DNA of 64,000 nucleotides from an uncultured bacterium. GTDB lineage: Bacteria > Fermentibacterota > Fermentibacteria > Fermentibacterales > JCC-6. The translations under genes and the position numbers were made by a program. The notes below the pieces were generated by a model. It worked only from the letters and a program-made list of their open reading frames with translations, was not told the origin of the DNA and did no database searches. Of this stretch, positions 26,975-36,828 are shown in pieces. The DNA is taken from positions 144,507-208,506 of the forward strand of contig CAYRQP010000001.1 of NCBI GenBank assembly GCA_964426545.1, written 5' to 3'. Position 1 is the stretch's first letter, and the number at the start of each line of letters is the position of its first letter.

Positions 26975-27503
26975 TCATGTATCTGTCTCTTTCACTCATC
27001 GCGCATCCGCAGTAGGGCTGGCGGTATAATCCGGCTTCCCGTGATAACTCTATGGATTCGCAGTAACTTCCGCTGAAATCCCGATAGATGAATTCTGCTT
27101 CACTTTCCGCAGAAGCTCTTTCACCTGCTTCCATTATCAACTTATGGTCCTGGTACGGACTCACCGTCAGCGTCGTCGAAAAATACCTGATTCCCAGTTC
27201 ATCGGCTTTCTCTGCAGTCGCCCGGAGCCTGTTCTCGAAACAGGCGAGACACCTGTTCTCCGCTGCAAGCAGCATTATTAAGTTATCTTCCAGCGGAAAA
27301 CTATCATCATAGATATTCCTTATCTGTTCTGCCGTGCAATAATTACAAAAAGTATCGAAACGCCTTTTCCATTCTTTATAAGGGTGGATATTCGGATTGA
27401 AGAAATACGCTGCAACATCGAATTCTGCATCATAGAATCCACGGTGCACCACAGTCATGCAGGGAGCACAACATGCATGCAAAAGAAGGGTTTTATCCGT
27501 CAT
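26970..27503 (-). CDS. queH: Epoxyqueuosine reductase QueH (DUF208)
   Basis: 177 aa with N-terminal LLLHACCAPC and further conserved Cys residues typical of QueH. Confidence 0.8.
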   Translation of the reverse strand: MTDKTLLLHACCAPCMTVVHRGFYDAEFDVAAYFFNPNIHPYKEWKRRFDTFCNYCTAEQIRNIYDDSFPLEDNLIMLLAAENRCLACFENRLRATAEKADELGIRYFSTTLTVSPYQDHKLIMEAGERASAESEAEFIYRDFSGSYCESIELSREAGLYRQPYCGCAMSERDRYMR

Positions 27504-28525
27504 TTCAGCGGGAGTTCGCCGTCTCTGTGAAGTTGAAACCCGAGATGTCTGCAGGTCTTGTCAGTAGCAGTCCTGCCCCGGCTTGTGCGGTTCAGAAATC
27601 CGGCTGAAAGAAGATACGGCTCGACAACATCGATAAGCGTATCCTTTTCTTCATTGAGAGTTGCTGCGAGTGCCGCAACCCCGACCGGACCCCCGGAATA
27701 TTGTTCGATAATCACGCGCAGATACCTGCGGTCGAGTTCATCTAGACCACGTTCATCCACGCCGTGAATATCCATTGCTTCGACAGCGACATCTTCATCG
27801 AGTATCTCCTTCTCCTCTACCTGTGCAAAATCACGCACCCGTTTCAGTAGCCGGTTGGCAATTCTTGGTGTCCCCCTCGAACGGAGTGCTATTGTTTCCG
27901 CTCCACCCGGGGTAATGGTGACCTTGAGTATGTCGGCTGAACGGGAGACTATCTGCATCAGTTCGGCTACTTTGTAGAACTGCAGATGCAGTGAAAGCCC
28001 GAATCTGTCCCTCAGGGGACCTGTAATAAGGCCGGCTCTCGTGGTAGCTCCGACAACAGTAAACTGCTCCAGGTCCAGTTTCATCGTTCTTGCATGGGGA
28101 CCCGGGTCGATGATGAAATCGATTGCGAAGTCCTCCATTGCAGGATACATATATTCTTCCACGACTCTCGGAAGCCTGTGAATCTCATCAATGAATAAAA
28201 TATCTCCCCTTTTGAGATTTGTGAGAATGCCGACAAGGTCAGCCGCCCTTTCGAGAGCGGGTCCCGCTGTCGATACAAGATCGCAGTCCATCTCTTTAGC
28301 AATAACATGGGCAAGTGTCGTCTTACCCAGTCCGGGTGGGCCGTGAAACAAGATATGATCGATCGGCTCTCCCCTGCCGAGAGCCGCCTGTATTGCTATC
28401 GAGAGGTTCTGAATAACCATCTCCTGCCCTACATATTCGTTGAGGTTCTGCGGGCGGAGAGATGTCAGAACAGATTCATCTGCATTCTGCTCTTCTCCTG
28501 AAACAACTGATTCCCTGCTCATCAT
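27500..28525 (-). CDS. ruvB: Holliday junction branch-migration ATPase RuvB
   Basis: 341 aa with Walker A GPPGLGKTT and the AAA+ RuvB-specific C-terminal winged helix. Confidence 0.95.
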   Translation of the reverse strand: MMSRESVVSGEEQNADESVLTSLRPQNLNEYVGQEMVIQNLSIAIQAALGRGEPIDHILFHGPPGLGKTTLAHVIAKEMDCDLVSTAGPALERAADLVGILTNLKRGDILFIDEIHRLPRVVEEYMYPAMEDFAIDFIIDPGPHARTMKLDLEQFTVVGATTRAGLITGPLRDRFGLSLHLQFYKVAELMQIVSRSADILKVTITPGGAETIALRSRGTPRIANRLLKRVRDFAQVEEKEILDEDVAVEAMDIHGVDERGLDELDRRYLRVIIEQYSGGPVGVAALAATLNEEKDTLIDVVEPYLLSAGFLNRTSRGRTATDKTCRHLGFQLHRDGELPLK

Positions 28526-29118
28526 CTTCCTCTGTTCTTCATGGCAAACCGTACAAGTTCGGAAGCATCTGCCTTATCACCCAGTTCTGCTGCAGCTTTT
28601 CGGAGAAGGTCGCCCGCTTCACCGGAAGGTATTCCGAGCTGCCCCAGCACAGACCGGGCTTCCGCCGACGCACCTTTATCGGCAGTTATCCCGGGTGTAA
28701 TCCCGTATGTCTTTTTCATCGTATCCTGAAGCCGTGCAATTATCAGTTTTGCGCGCTTAAGACCTATTCCCGGAAGCGTTTTCAGATATGCATGGTCGCC
28801 TGATGCAATCGCCCCTGCAATGTCTTCGGGAGGCTGTGCCAGTGCTTTGACTGCCGCCTTCACTCCGACACCGGAGACAGAAATGAAATCCGTGAAGAAC
28901 TTCCTGTCCCGTTTGTTCGAAAATCCCACAAGAATAGGGACTATCCTGTTGCCTTCCATCTGAAGATGAAAATACACAGGTATGTTCAAATCCTGTCCTG
29001 TCGATACCTGCCTGATGAAGAAACCCGGAGCAAGAACACCGACAGTTATATCGCCCATTCTCAGATGAATCGTCGATTCGTCTATCTCTTCAATTGTTCC
29101 TCTTACATATTCTATCAT
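28522..29118 (-). CDS. ruvA: Holliday junction DNA helicase subunit RuvA
   Basis: About 200 aa with OB-fold N-terminus (MIEYVRGTIEEI...) and HhH motifs (LPGIGLKRA). The start is chosen at the internal Met of the listed ORF. Confidence 0.9.
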   Translation of the reverse strand: MIEYVRGTIEEIDESTIHLRMGDITVGVLAPGFFIRQVSTGQDLNIPVYFHLQMEGNRIVPILVGFSNKRDRKFFTDFISVSGVGVKAAVKALAQPPEDIAGAIASGDHAYLKTLPGIGLKRAKLIIARLQDTMKKTYGITPGITADKGASAEARSVLGQLGIPSGEAGDLLRKAAAELGDKADASELVRFAMKNRGR

Positions 29119-29618
29119 TACGCTCGCTTTCATGAGCGGCTATTGCTACCGCCAGTGCATCTGTCACATCATCGGGTTTAATATCTTCGTTAATGCCGAG
29201 AATGTGTTTTACCATACTCGCCACCTGTTCCTTGCTCGCTCTGCCATTGCCTGTAACTAGTTTCTTTATCTGTGTAGAAGGTATAGAGACGAGTTTTATC
29301 TCCTTCATCATGCATGCCAGACAAAGCACTCCGCGGGCATGTGCCATTTTGATTGCTGTTGCAGGATGTTTGTAATGTGCAAATATCTCCTCAATACCTA
29401 TTATGTCAGGTTCAAAGGAATCCAGTAAGTCAATAAGCCCTGTATAGAGTTCATGAATTCTCTCATGAAGGAGCAACGAAACATCTGAACTAATCGTACC
29501 GGCATCGATAAGTTTGGCAGAGTTCCCGTTATATCTGACAAGACCATATCCGGTAGTTTTCAGCCCCGGGTCGATTCCAAGATATACGATACTCTCCTCT
29601 GAATCCAATCTACTCTTC
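29090..29618 (-). CDS. ruvC: Crossover junction endodeoxyribonuclease RuvC
   Basis: Core IVYLGIDPGLKTTGYGLV...DALAVAIAH is RuvC. The listed ORF has a long N-terminal extension. The likely real start is TTG at about 29618, preceded by GGAAGAG and overlapping the yebC stop. Confidence 0.8.
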
Positions 29619-30338
29619 CAACATGTCGAAGTTTGAGTGCACATCCTGAACATCATCATTTTCTTCGAGGGCTTCGAGAAGCTGTATTGCCTTTTCTGCA
29701 TCCCTGTCCGAAAGGAATAACTGTGAATCCGGTTTCTTTGTAACACAGGCACTTTCGACTTCGATATTCAGGTCATCGAAGACTTTTTTCACATCGAATA
29801 CATCCGATGATGGTGTCGTGACAATAATCAGGTTGTCCTGCGTTACGATGTCTTCTACACCGGCTTCGAGTCCGGCTTCGAACACTTCGTCTTCCGTGGC
29901 CTTCGAACTGTCTATCGTTATCTGCCCGATTCTGGTGAACTTGTATGCAACACTGTTCCGTGTACCCAAATGCCCGCCGTGTTTCTGGAGTATGTGGCGT
30001 ATATCCGCAGCAGCACGGTTCTTGTTGTCGGTCAGCACTTCTATGAGAATGGCTATACCGCCCGGACCATAGGCTTCATAGACTATCTCTTCGTAACTCA
30101 CCCCTTCGAGTTCTCCGGTACCGCGTTTTACCGCTCTTTCTATGTTGTTTGCTGGCATATTGTGAGACTTTGCGGTATCGAGGGCAAGCCTGAGCCTGGA
30201 ATTAGATTCAGGATCCCCGCCGCCTTCGCGTGCCGCAACTGTAATTTCTTTCACGAGTTTGCTGAAGATCTTCCCTTTGGCGGCATCAGCCTTTGCCTTC
30301 TTGTGCTTTATACTGCTCCATTTACTGTGTCCAGACAT
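29610..30338 (-). CDS. yebC: YebC/PmpR-family DNA-binding transcriptional regulator
   Basis: 242 aa starting MSGHSKWSSIKHKKAKADAAKGKIFSKL, a canonical YebC. It heads the yebC-ruvCAB cluster. Confidence 0.9.
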   Translation of the reverse strand: MSGHSKWSSIKHKKAKADAAKGKIFSKLVKEITVAAREGGGDPESNSRLRLALDTAKSHNMPANNIERAVKRGTGELEGVSYEEIVYEAYGPGGIAILIEVLTDNKNRAAADIRHILQKHGGHLGTRNSVAYKFTRIGQITIDSSKATEDEVFEAGLEAGVEDIVTQDNLIIVTTPSSDVFDVKKVFDDLNIEVESACVTKKPDSQLFLSDRDAEKAIQLLEALEENDDVQDVHSNFDMLEE

Positions 30339-30470
30339 TTCAACTCCTTAAGGTCATTCTTAAAGTATAAGTATGTTCAAACATTAGGGATATACAACCC
30401 ATGGGTCAAGAACCTGCAATTCCATACACGACAGCGGATGCTTCCGAATGATCGACTATCAAGGTTACTC

Positions 30471-32642
30471 CTAATGTGCAACAACCATCTTGCGTATTCT
30501 GCTTCCACCCGGTGAATGCAGAACCATGAAATAGATTCCCCCGGGAGTATCCGAACTGCAATTCCAGCGTACCGTATGCGTTCCCTGCTCCTGCACTTCA
30601 TTAGACAGATCAGCTGTACACCTGCCTGCAATATCATAAATCAAAAGTTCGAGCTTGCCCGCATCCTGCGGTGCAACTGTCACAGGTATCACAGCGATGG
30701 TGTTTATCGGATTGGGACTTATCGTTCCGAGCCCTGTCTGAATGAACGATGATGCAGATTCTTCTTCAATTCCTGTATTCTGAATATCAGCGGACATCGA
30801 TTCGGAAGCCCAGCCGGGTCCGAAGTCAGGGTCCATTACAACAACGCGATAACGGTATTCTCCTGTTTCATGTTCCGTGAATTCATAGGAGTTCGAAGGA
30901 ATCGTCATACTGATGAATTCATTTTCCTCCCACACTTCTATTTTGATATCATCGATGTACAAAACACTTTCATATCCGTAGGTCTCCCAGCGGAAACTCA
31001 GCGTATCCCCCTGCCACTCGTCGAGCTCGTGAATGTTAAATCTCCAGACCGGATCATCTCTTGTAAAAGTCTGAAGATAGAACCAATTCTCTCCCCCGTC
31101 GGTCGAAACTTCAATACTTCCCTGACAAGACCCGTTTGGCACCGTATTCCACGACCAGAAACTCAGTCTGCCCCCGCCGTTATCAGGAATGACGACAGTC
31201 TCTGTCCAGGTCATCGTTCCTGTACCGCCGGACCTGTAACTTGAGTTTCCCGAATGATACTGGATTCCCGAAACACTCCAGTTCGACAGTGTGAACGGGC
31301 CCGAAGTCCCGTGGTCATCGACCAATATCTGATATCCTGATAATTCCTGAAGGGCATAGGCACCCGCTGTAGGCACACTGCTCCATGAGATGCTGAAAGG
31401 CGGCTGGACAACTCCGATGGAATCCATCACGGGTGTGGCAGGCACATGCGGGTCATCGGGGCATCCGGCAAGGAATGCCGTTACAAGGTAACTTCGGAGG
31501 TTTACACGGGTGAGTTTTATTGTCTCGGTTAGACTCGGCCAGAATCCCGCGAAATCCCCGCCTGTTTCATGGTTCCAGCTCATTGCACCATATAATCCGT
31601 AGGAGTGGTCACGCGTATTCCCCGCACTGTAATAAAGTATTTCTGCGGAAGGACCGTGAAGTTCACCTGTTCCCCACTGCACCATTATTTCAGCCTGGTC
31701 GTTGTATTGGGCAGCATGAGTCGTCGGGTCATCCTTATAGCCCCAGGGATAGATCAGGATATTGCCGTAGGCATGAGTCGAGTGCATCTGAACTGGCGGG
31801 TGCCCCTGCCAGAAGTCATCAATATTATTTGATTCAGGTTCACTCAATGGACCTGTCCCGTGGTATGTACTGGAGGACGGGTCGCTGCTCGAGCCCAAGC
31901 CCCCCCAGCCTACTCCCCAGTTCCTGTTGAGGTCGATTCCGTCCCCGCCTGCACTCCAGTTCATGTTCTTCCGGTGCATCCCGCCGCCACCCGGATTAGT
32001 CGTCTGGTTACGCACATATCCGTCAACATTGTTGCATGGAAGACACCAGATTTCCCTGTTATCCAGCAGCCATGTCGCCTGCAGCCCACAGAATCCGTTT
32101 CTGCCGTAGTTGTCACAAAGCCACAGCATGAAGAAGCGGAGATTCCGCATGGAAGCAGGTTCTCTTGCATGAATCAGCGCATCGTACCAGCAGTTGGGAA
32201 GAGTCGGGTCGTCATACCAGAAATCCGTATTCGATGAGATTTTAACAACTGTCTGCGGTCTTCCTTCATAAGTATCGCCTATTGAAGTAGGTTCACTTGT
32301 AACTGCCGGATATGTATCGTGCAGGTCATCGAGCCATACGGACAACTCGTCCCAAGTGGCATATCCACCCATCGACCTGCTGCCGTACTGCCGGCTGTAA
32401 AAGCGCTCCAGGTCATCAATTCTGCTCGTGCAGAGAATCCCCATCTTTAGGAGAAGTTCCTGCTCATGGGCATTCGCCACAAAATCGATGCTGCCGTCAT
32501 CATACACATGGACTATCTCGCATCCGACTGAAAGAAACTCTTCCAAATCTGCCTGTGAGTAAGGGGAATAGTTCATCAATGACCAGTATCCGGCGGAAGC
32601 AATGTAAGAAAGAGTAAACAGAATAATGAACATCTTTTTCAT
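30471..32642 (-). CDS. Secreted M14-family zinc carboxypeptidase with T9SS-type C-terminal sorting domain
   Basis: 723 aa with a signal peptide (MKKMFIILFTLSYIASA) and the M14 zinc motif IHAREPAS (HxxE). The C-terminal roughly 80 aa end GGIYFMVLHSPGGSRIRKMVVAH, a Por/T9SS CTD-like tail. Confidence 0.7.
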   Translation of the reverse strand: MKKMFIILFTLSYIASAGYWSLMNYSPYSQADLEEFLSVGCEIVHVYDDGSIDFVANAHEQELLLKMGILCTSRIDDLERFYSRQYGSRSMGGYATWDELSVWLDDLHDTYPAVTSEPTSIGDTYEGRPQTVVKISSNTDFWYDDPTLPNCWYDALIHAREPASMRNLRFFMLWLCDNYGRNGFCGLQATWLLDNREIWCLPCNNVDGYVRNQTTNPGGGGMHRKNMNWSAGGDGIDLNRNWGVGWGGLGSSSDPSSSTYHGTGPLSEPESNNIDDFWQGHPPVQMHSTHAYGNILIYPWGYKDDPTTHAAQYNDQAEIMVQWGTGELHGPSAEILYYSAGNTRDHSYGLYGAMSWNHETGGDFAGFWPSLTETIKLTRVNLRSYLVTAFLAGCPDDPHVPATPVMDSIGVVQPPFSISWSSVPTAGAYALQELSGYQILVDDHGTSGPFTLSNWSVSGIQYHSGNSSYRSGGTGTMTWTETVVIPDNGGGRLSFWSWNTVPNGSCQGSIEVSTDGGENWFYLQTFTRDDPVWRFNIHELDEWQGDTLSFRWETYGYESVLYIDDIKIEVWEENEFISMTIPSNSYEFTEHETGEYRYRVVVMDPDFGPGWASESMSADIQNTGIEEESASSFIQTGLGTISPNPINTIAVIPVTVAPQDAGKLELLIYDIAGRCTADLSNEVQEQGTHTVRWNCSSDTPGGIYFMVLHSPGGSRIRKMVVAH

Positions 32643-32719
32643 GGTAATCCTCGTCAGTGGAAATTAGTGAAATTATTTCATAGAATAACTATACACAAAT
32701 TACTTTAGTTTCGCACATA

Positions 32720-34732
32720 TTGCAGGAGGAAATAATGAGTTTCAAAGATGATATTCGCCAAGGCATTCCGCAGAAGTTCCCCGAGTACCCGCCTGACATG
32801 AAGGATGTCAATCATGCCCCCCCCCGCCCCGATGTCCTTAATGCACGAGAAGAAAGACTCGCAGTCGAAAATGCCCTCCGCTACTTTCCGAAGAAATGGC
32901 ACACACTGCTTGCTCCGGAATTCGTCCATGAACTTGCTGAAGACGGCAGGATATATATGCGGCGATTCCGCCCGGAGTATGCAATGAAAGCCCGGCCCAT
33001 AGATGAATATCCTGCAGAAAGCCCGCAGGCTGCAGCAATCATGCTGATGATCCAGAACAATCTTGACCCCGCGGTAGCACAGCACCCGCACGAACTCATC
33101 ACATACGGCGGTAACGGTACCGTATTCCAGAACTGGGCGCAGTATCTCGTCACAATGAAATATCTTTCTCAAATGACGGAAGAACAGACTCTTGTTCTTT
33201 ATTCCGGTCATCCTCTAGGACTTTTTCCATCTCATCCAGATGCCCCGAGAGTAGTTGTCACAAACGGAATGGTCATCCCGAATTACAGTTCGAAGGACGA
33301 TTATGACAGAATGGCGGCACTGGGAGTTACATCCTACGGACAGATGACCGCCGGCAGTTTTATGTATATCGGACCGCAGGGAATAGTACACGGCACTACT
33401 ATCACACTGCTCAATGCGGGAAGGAAATATCTCGGGCTTCCGCCCGAAGAAAACCTCAGCGGAAAACTCTATGTTACATCAGGACTGGGTGGGATGAGTG
33501 GCGCCCAGGCAAAAGCATCTGTTATTGCAGGTGCGGTCTGCATCATTGCAGAAATGAATCCAAAGGCGGTCAAAACAAGGCACGAACAGGGCTGGCTGCA
33601 GGAAGTGGAGAACGACCTCGGTAGGCTCATACAGAGAGCAAAGGAAGCAATCAGAAACAGAGAACCGCTTTCAATCGGGTACACCGGCAATGTCGTGGAT
33701 CTATGGGAAGAACTCGTTAAAGAAGATGTTCATGTCGACCTCGGCAGCGACCAGACTTCTCTTCATAATCCCTATCTCGGTGGTTACTACCCGGCCGGGC
33801 TCACACTCGAAGAATCCAATAGAATGATGGTCGATGACCCTAATTCATTCCACGGCATGGTACAGGAATCCCTCCGCCGTCAGGTAAAGGCGATAAACAA
33901 AATGTCTCAGCGGGGAATGTACTTCTGGGATTATGGCAATGCATTCCTTCTCGAAGCATCCCGCGCCGGAGCCGAAGGAATCCTGAATGGAGACGGTACT
34001 TTCTCATACCCATCTTATGTGGAGGACATCATGGGTCCTGTCTGCTTCGATTATGGTTTCGGTCCGTTCCGATGGGTCTGCACATCCGGAAGACATGAAG
34101 ACCTTCAGACCACAGACAGAATGGCAGTCGATGTTCTCGAAAAAATGGCAAAACATGCTCCGGGTGAAATCTCACAGCAGATGATGGACAATGTCCTTTG
34201 GATTCGGCAGGCTGAAGAAAATGAAATGGTAGTCGGTTCCCAGGCACGGATACTCTATGCGGACAGGGATGGCAGGATGAAGATTGCTGAAGCATTCAAC
34301 AGGGCAATTGCAGACGGGACAGTCTCAGCTCCAATCGTATTGGGGCGCGATCATCATGATGTGTCAGGTACGGATTCACCCTACAGGGAGACTTCAAATA
34401 TACGCGACGGAAGCATGTTCACCTGCGACATGGCAATTCAGAATGTAATCGGTGATTCCTTCCGCGGAGCAACCTGGGTCTCCATTCACAACGGTGGCGG
34501 TGTCGGCTGGGGCGAAGTGATCAACGGCGGCTTCGGCCTCCTTCTCGACGGCACTCCTGATGCGGGACAAAGGGCTGAGAACATGCTGAACTGGGATGTC
34601 TCGAACGGTCTGGCGCGAAGAGCCTGGGCAAGAAACCCCGGGGCAGTTTTCGCCGCCAAGGCAGCAATGAAGGCTGACAGAAATATCGTCATCACCATCC
34701 CAGAAATTGTCGACGAGTTTCTTATTACTTAG
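32720..34732 (+). CDS. hutU: Urocanate hydratase (urocanase), long form
   Basis: 670 aa with the NAD-binding SGLGGMSGAQ motif and conserved urocanase core. Confidence 0.9.
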   Translation: MQEEIMSFKDDIRQGIPQKFPEYPPDMKDVNHAPPRPDVLNAREERLAVENALRYFPKKWHTLLAPEFVHELAEDGRIYMRRFRPEYAMKARPIDEYPAESPQAAAIMLMIQNNLDPAVAQHPHELITYGGNGTVFQNWAQYLVTMKYLSQMTEEQTLVLYSGHPLGLFPSHPDAPRVVVTNGMVIPNYSSKDDYDRMAALGVTSYGQMTAGSFMYIGPQGIVHGTTITLLNAGRKYLGLPPEENLSGKLYVTSGLGGMSGAQAKASVIAGAVCIIAEMNPKAVKTRHEQGWLQEVENDLGRLIQRAKEAIRNREPLSIGYTGNVVDLWEELVKEDVHVDLGSDQTSLHNPYLGGYYPAGLTLEESNRMMVDDPNSFHGMVQESLRRQVKAINKMSQRGMYFWDYGNAFLLEASRAGAEGILNGDGTFSYPSYVEDIMGPVCFDYGFGPFRWVCTSGRHEDLQTTDRMAVDVLEKMAKHAPGEISQQMMDNVLWIRQAEENEMVVGSQARILYADRDGRMKIAEAFNRAIADGTVSAPIVLGRDHHDVSGTDSPYRETSNIRDGSMFTCDMAIQNVIGDSFRGATWVSIHNGGGVGWGEVINGGFGLLLDGTPDAGQRAENMLNWDVSNGLARRAWARNPGAVFAAKAAMKADRNIVITIPEIVDEFLIT

Positions 34733-34735
34733 GAA

Positions 34736-36031
34736 TCAGCCGGGAATGTGTGACAGCTGTTTCCGTTTCTCTTTTATTCGGTATCTTCGAAGGAAGAGAA
34801 TTCCTGCTATTGTGAACATCAGTGCAGCTGTAATGAATGCTTCCGTATATCCAAAGTAATACAGTATCAGACTCCCTATAACAGGAGCAAATACGCCCCT
34901 TACAGCAGTAAGAGTTACATGAAAACCCTGATAAGTAGCCTCTGCCCCTTCAGGTGCAAAGTGCATACTGGACATACTCCATGACATCCTCACACCTGCC
35001 ATGCCCACGGCAAATACAGCGAAAGCAAGATAGAAGAACATCTCTCCCATCTGCGGAAACCACCAACCCAAAGCGAGAATCATTGGATATAAAGCAAGAA
35101 TAAGGCAAATGATTCCGGTAAAGCGGAATGGTTTAAGCCTGTCGAGTCTCATTCCCAGGAACGGAGAGAGGAACAGAACTCCAAGTTGTGCAATAACCCC
35201 TTTTGCCACTGCATATTGCTCATAGGACAATTCCAGCACATCTGTAGCAAAGAAGGGAATCACAGGGAGCAGCATTAGGAATCCCATACCGTACAGAAAA
35301 AAGTATGCTTCGAAATAGACAAACTCCCTGTCCTTCCGGAATATTCCCCACAGGTTTTTCAGAAAATGAGTTTTGTCTTCGGGTTCAACCGTATCTGCGT
35401 CCCTTTGCTTCATGCCGCGAGTCATCCACGACAAGAACACAACCTGACTGATTCCGAATATTGCTTCCGCTACGAACAATATCCTGTAGAACTGGAAATC
35501 AGCATCGAGGAGGGCTCCAACAAGGAGAGCCAAAGGCAGACTCACCAAAGTCAGAACACTCGAGAACCATCCAAAGAGTCTGGCTCTGTTCCTGTTGCTG
35601 TAACACTGTTTCATGACAGCATTCTGTCCGGGAATTATGACGCTGTTCGAAGCGAAATACAGCAGAAGTAACAACAGCATGATGTTCACATTTGATGAAA
35701 AATACATCAAGGTAAGCGGAATTCTCAGCAGCACACCGACAAGTAGTATTATCAGGCTGTACCTGCCGGTTCTGTCCATCCAGTGATTGATGAATACCGA
35801 GAATAGATTGCTTATAGGCCAGAGCATAGTCAGAAGAGTAATTTGCCATACGGAAGCACCCAGTCCATTTGCTGCTATGTATTCATGATTCACAGCAACT
35901 GCAATGGCAGCACCAAACGATATTCCTGACAGCAGATGAAGCCGGAACGGCTTTTTCTCCCGCTTCTCAAGTGGACTAAATATATTGGGGACGGAGGAAT
36001 TTATTTGCTGCCCCTGTACTTCAGTATGCAA
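34736..36031 (-). CDS. MFS transporter (start uncertain)
   Basis: 12-TM MFS-like topology. The listed TTG start lies inside the 35987-36049 hairpin repeat, so the true start is probably downstream. Confidence 0.65.
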   Translation of the reverse strand: MHTEVQGQQINSSVPNIFSPLEKREKKPFRLHLLSGISFGAAIAVAVNHEYIAANGLGASVWQITLLTMLWPISNLFSVFINHWMDRTGRYSLIILLVGVLLRIPLTLMYFSSNVNIMLLLLLLYFASNSVIIPGQNAVMKQCYSNRNRARLFGWFSSVLTLVSLPLALLVGALLDADFQFYRILFVAEAIFGISQVVFLSWMTRGMKQRDADTVEPEDKTHFLKNLWGIFRKDREFVYFEAYFFLYGMGFLMLLPVIPFFATDVLELSYEQYAVAKGVIAQLGVLFLSPFLGMRLDRLKPFRFTGIICLILALYPMILALGWWFPQMGEMFFYLAFAVFAVGMAGVRMSWSMSSMHFAPEGAEATYQGFHVTLTAVRGVFAPVIGSLILYYFGYTEAFITAALMFTIAGILFLRRYRIKEKRKQLSHIPG

Positions 36032-36053
36032 ATAATTTCCTCCGTCCCCTTTT
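35987..36053. repeat. GGGGACGGAGGA-core hairpin (about 22-bp stems, 19-nt loop) followed by TTTT, with a third partial arm at 36088-36109
   Basis: GGGGACGGAGGAATTTATTTGC ... GCAAATAATTTCCTCCGTCCCC TTTT. Same core as the 7025-7089 element. It lies downstream of cysC and overlaps the nominal MFS start. Confidence 0.7.
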
Positions 36054-36109
36054 GCTGATTTATCTGCTTCTTCTGCAATTCAGCGTGCAACTAATTTCCT
36101 CCGGCCCCA

Positions 36110-36724
36110 TTAGCTGATTATCCCTTTTTCTCTCAGTACATCGATTATCATAGATGCACATTCTTCAGGGGAATTCTTAGCGGTCTCTATCACCAATTCA
36201 GGAGACAGCGGCTCTTCATAGGGGGCAGATATGCCGGTGAATGAAGGAATCTCACCGCTTCTGGCTTTCTTATAAAGTCCCTTTGGATCACGCTCTTCCG
36301 CTACCTCAAGAGGGACCTTCACATATACTTCGATGAAGTCATTCTCTCCCTGAATTGAGCGCCCAAAATCCCGCGCCTTGCGATAAGGGCTGATGAAAGC
36401 AAGAATGTTAACAACGCCAAATGATGTAAACAGTTTTGCGACTTCGGAAATTCTACGAATATTCTCATCTCTATCTGCCGGAGAAAATCCAAGGTCACTA
36501 TTCAATCCCTGGCGTACATTGTCACCATCTAGGATAGCGGTCATTACCCCCTGCTCGTGTAGCATCTCGGTAAGATAATCGGCAACGGTAGATTTACCTG
36601 AACCCGAAAGCCCTGTCATCCAGATAGTGACACCTCTGTGCCCTGTCCGTTTTTCTCTATCTTCCCTTGTAACTCCGTGATGATGCCAGGTTAGATTCTT
36701 CTCTTCTGCGTGATCATTGCTCAT
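36110..36724 (-). CDS. cysC: Adenylyl-sulfate (APS) kinase
   Basis: 204 aa with P-loop GLSGSGKST and the APS-kinase core. Confidence 0.9.
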   Translation of the reverse strand: MSNDHAEEKNLTWHHHGVTREDREKRTGHRGVTIWMTGLSGSGKSTVADYLTEMLHEQGVMTAILDGDNVRQGLNSDLGFSPADRDENIRRISEVAKLFTSFGVVNILAFISPYRKARDFGRSIQGENDFIEVYVKVPLEVAEERDPKGLYKKARSGEIPSFTGISAPYEEPLSPELVIETAKNSPEECASMIIDVLREKGIIS

Positions 36725-36828
36725 AATTGTTATCCAATCTACCTTTGTAAGTGGTTTCTAATCATCGAAAACTTGACTATCATACAACCATCGGAAAACA
36801 ATCGTTAATCTCAGCCGAAGGAAGCATA

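Noticed and set aside
25031-26990. Prophage or integrative element with integrase or transposase
   Set aside because: No tyrosine or serine recombinase motifs, DDE transposase or phage structural genes were recognisable in any frame. No tRNA lies adjacent (the only tRNA is at 4.5 kb). I kept it as an islet of unknown origin.
32720-34732. A hut operon (hutH, hutI, hutG) around hutU
   Set aside because: The neighbours are an M14 peptidase (divergent) and an MFS transporter (convergent). No histidase or imidazolonepropionase signatures were found in the window.
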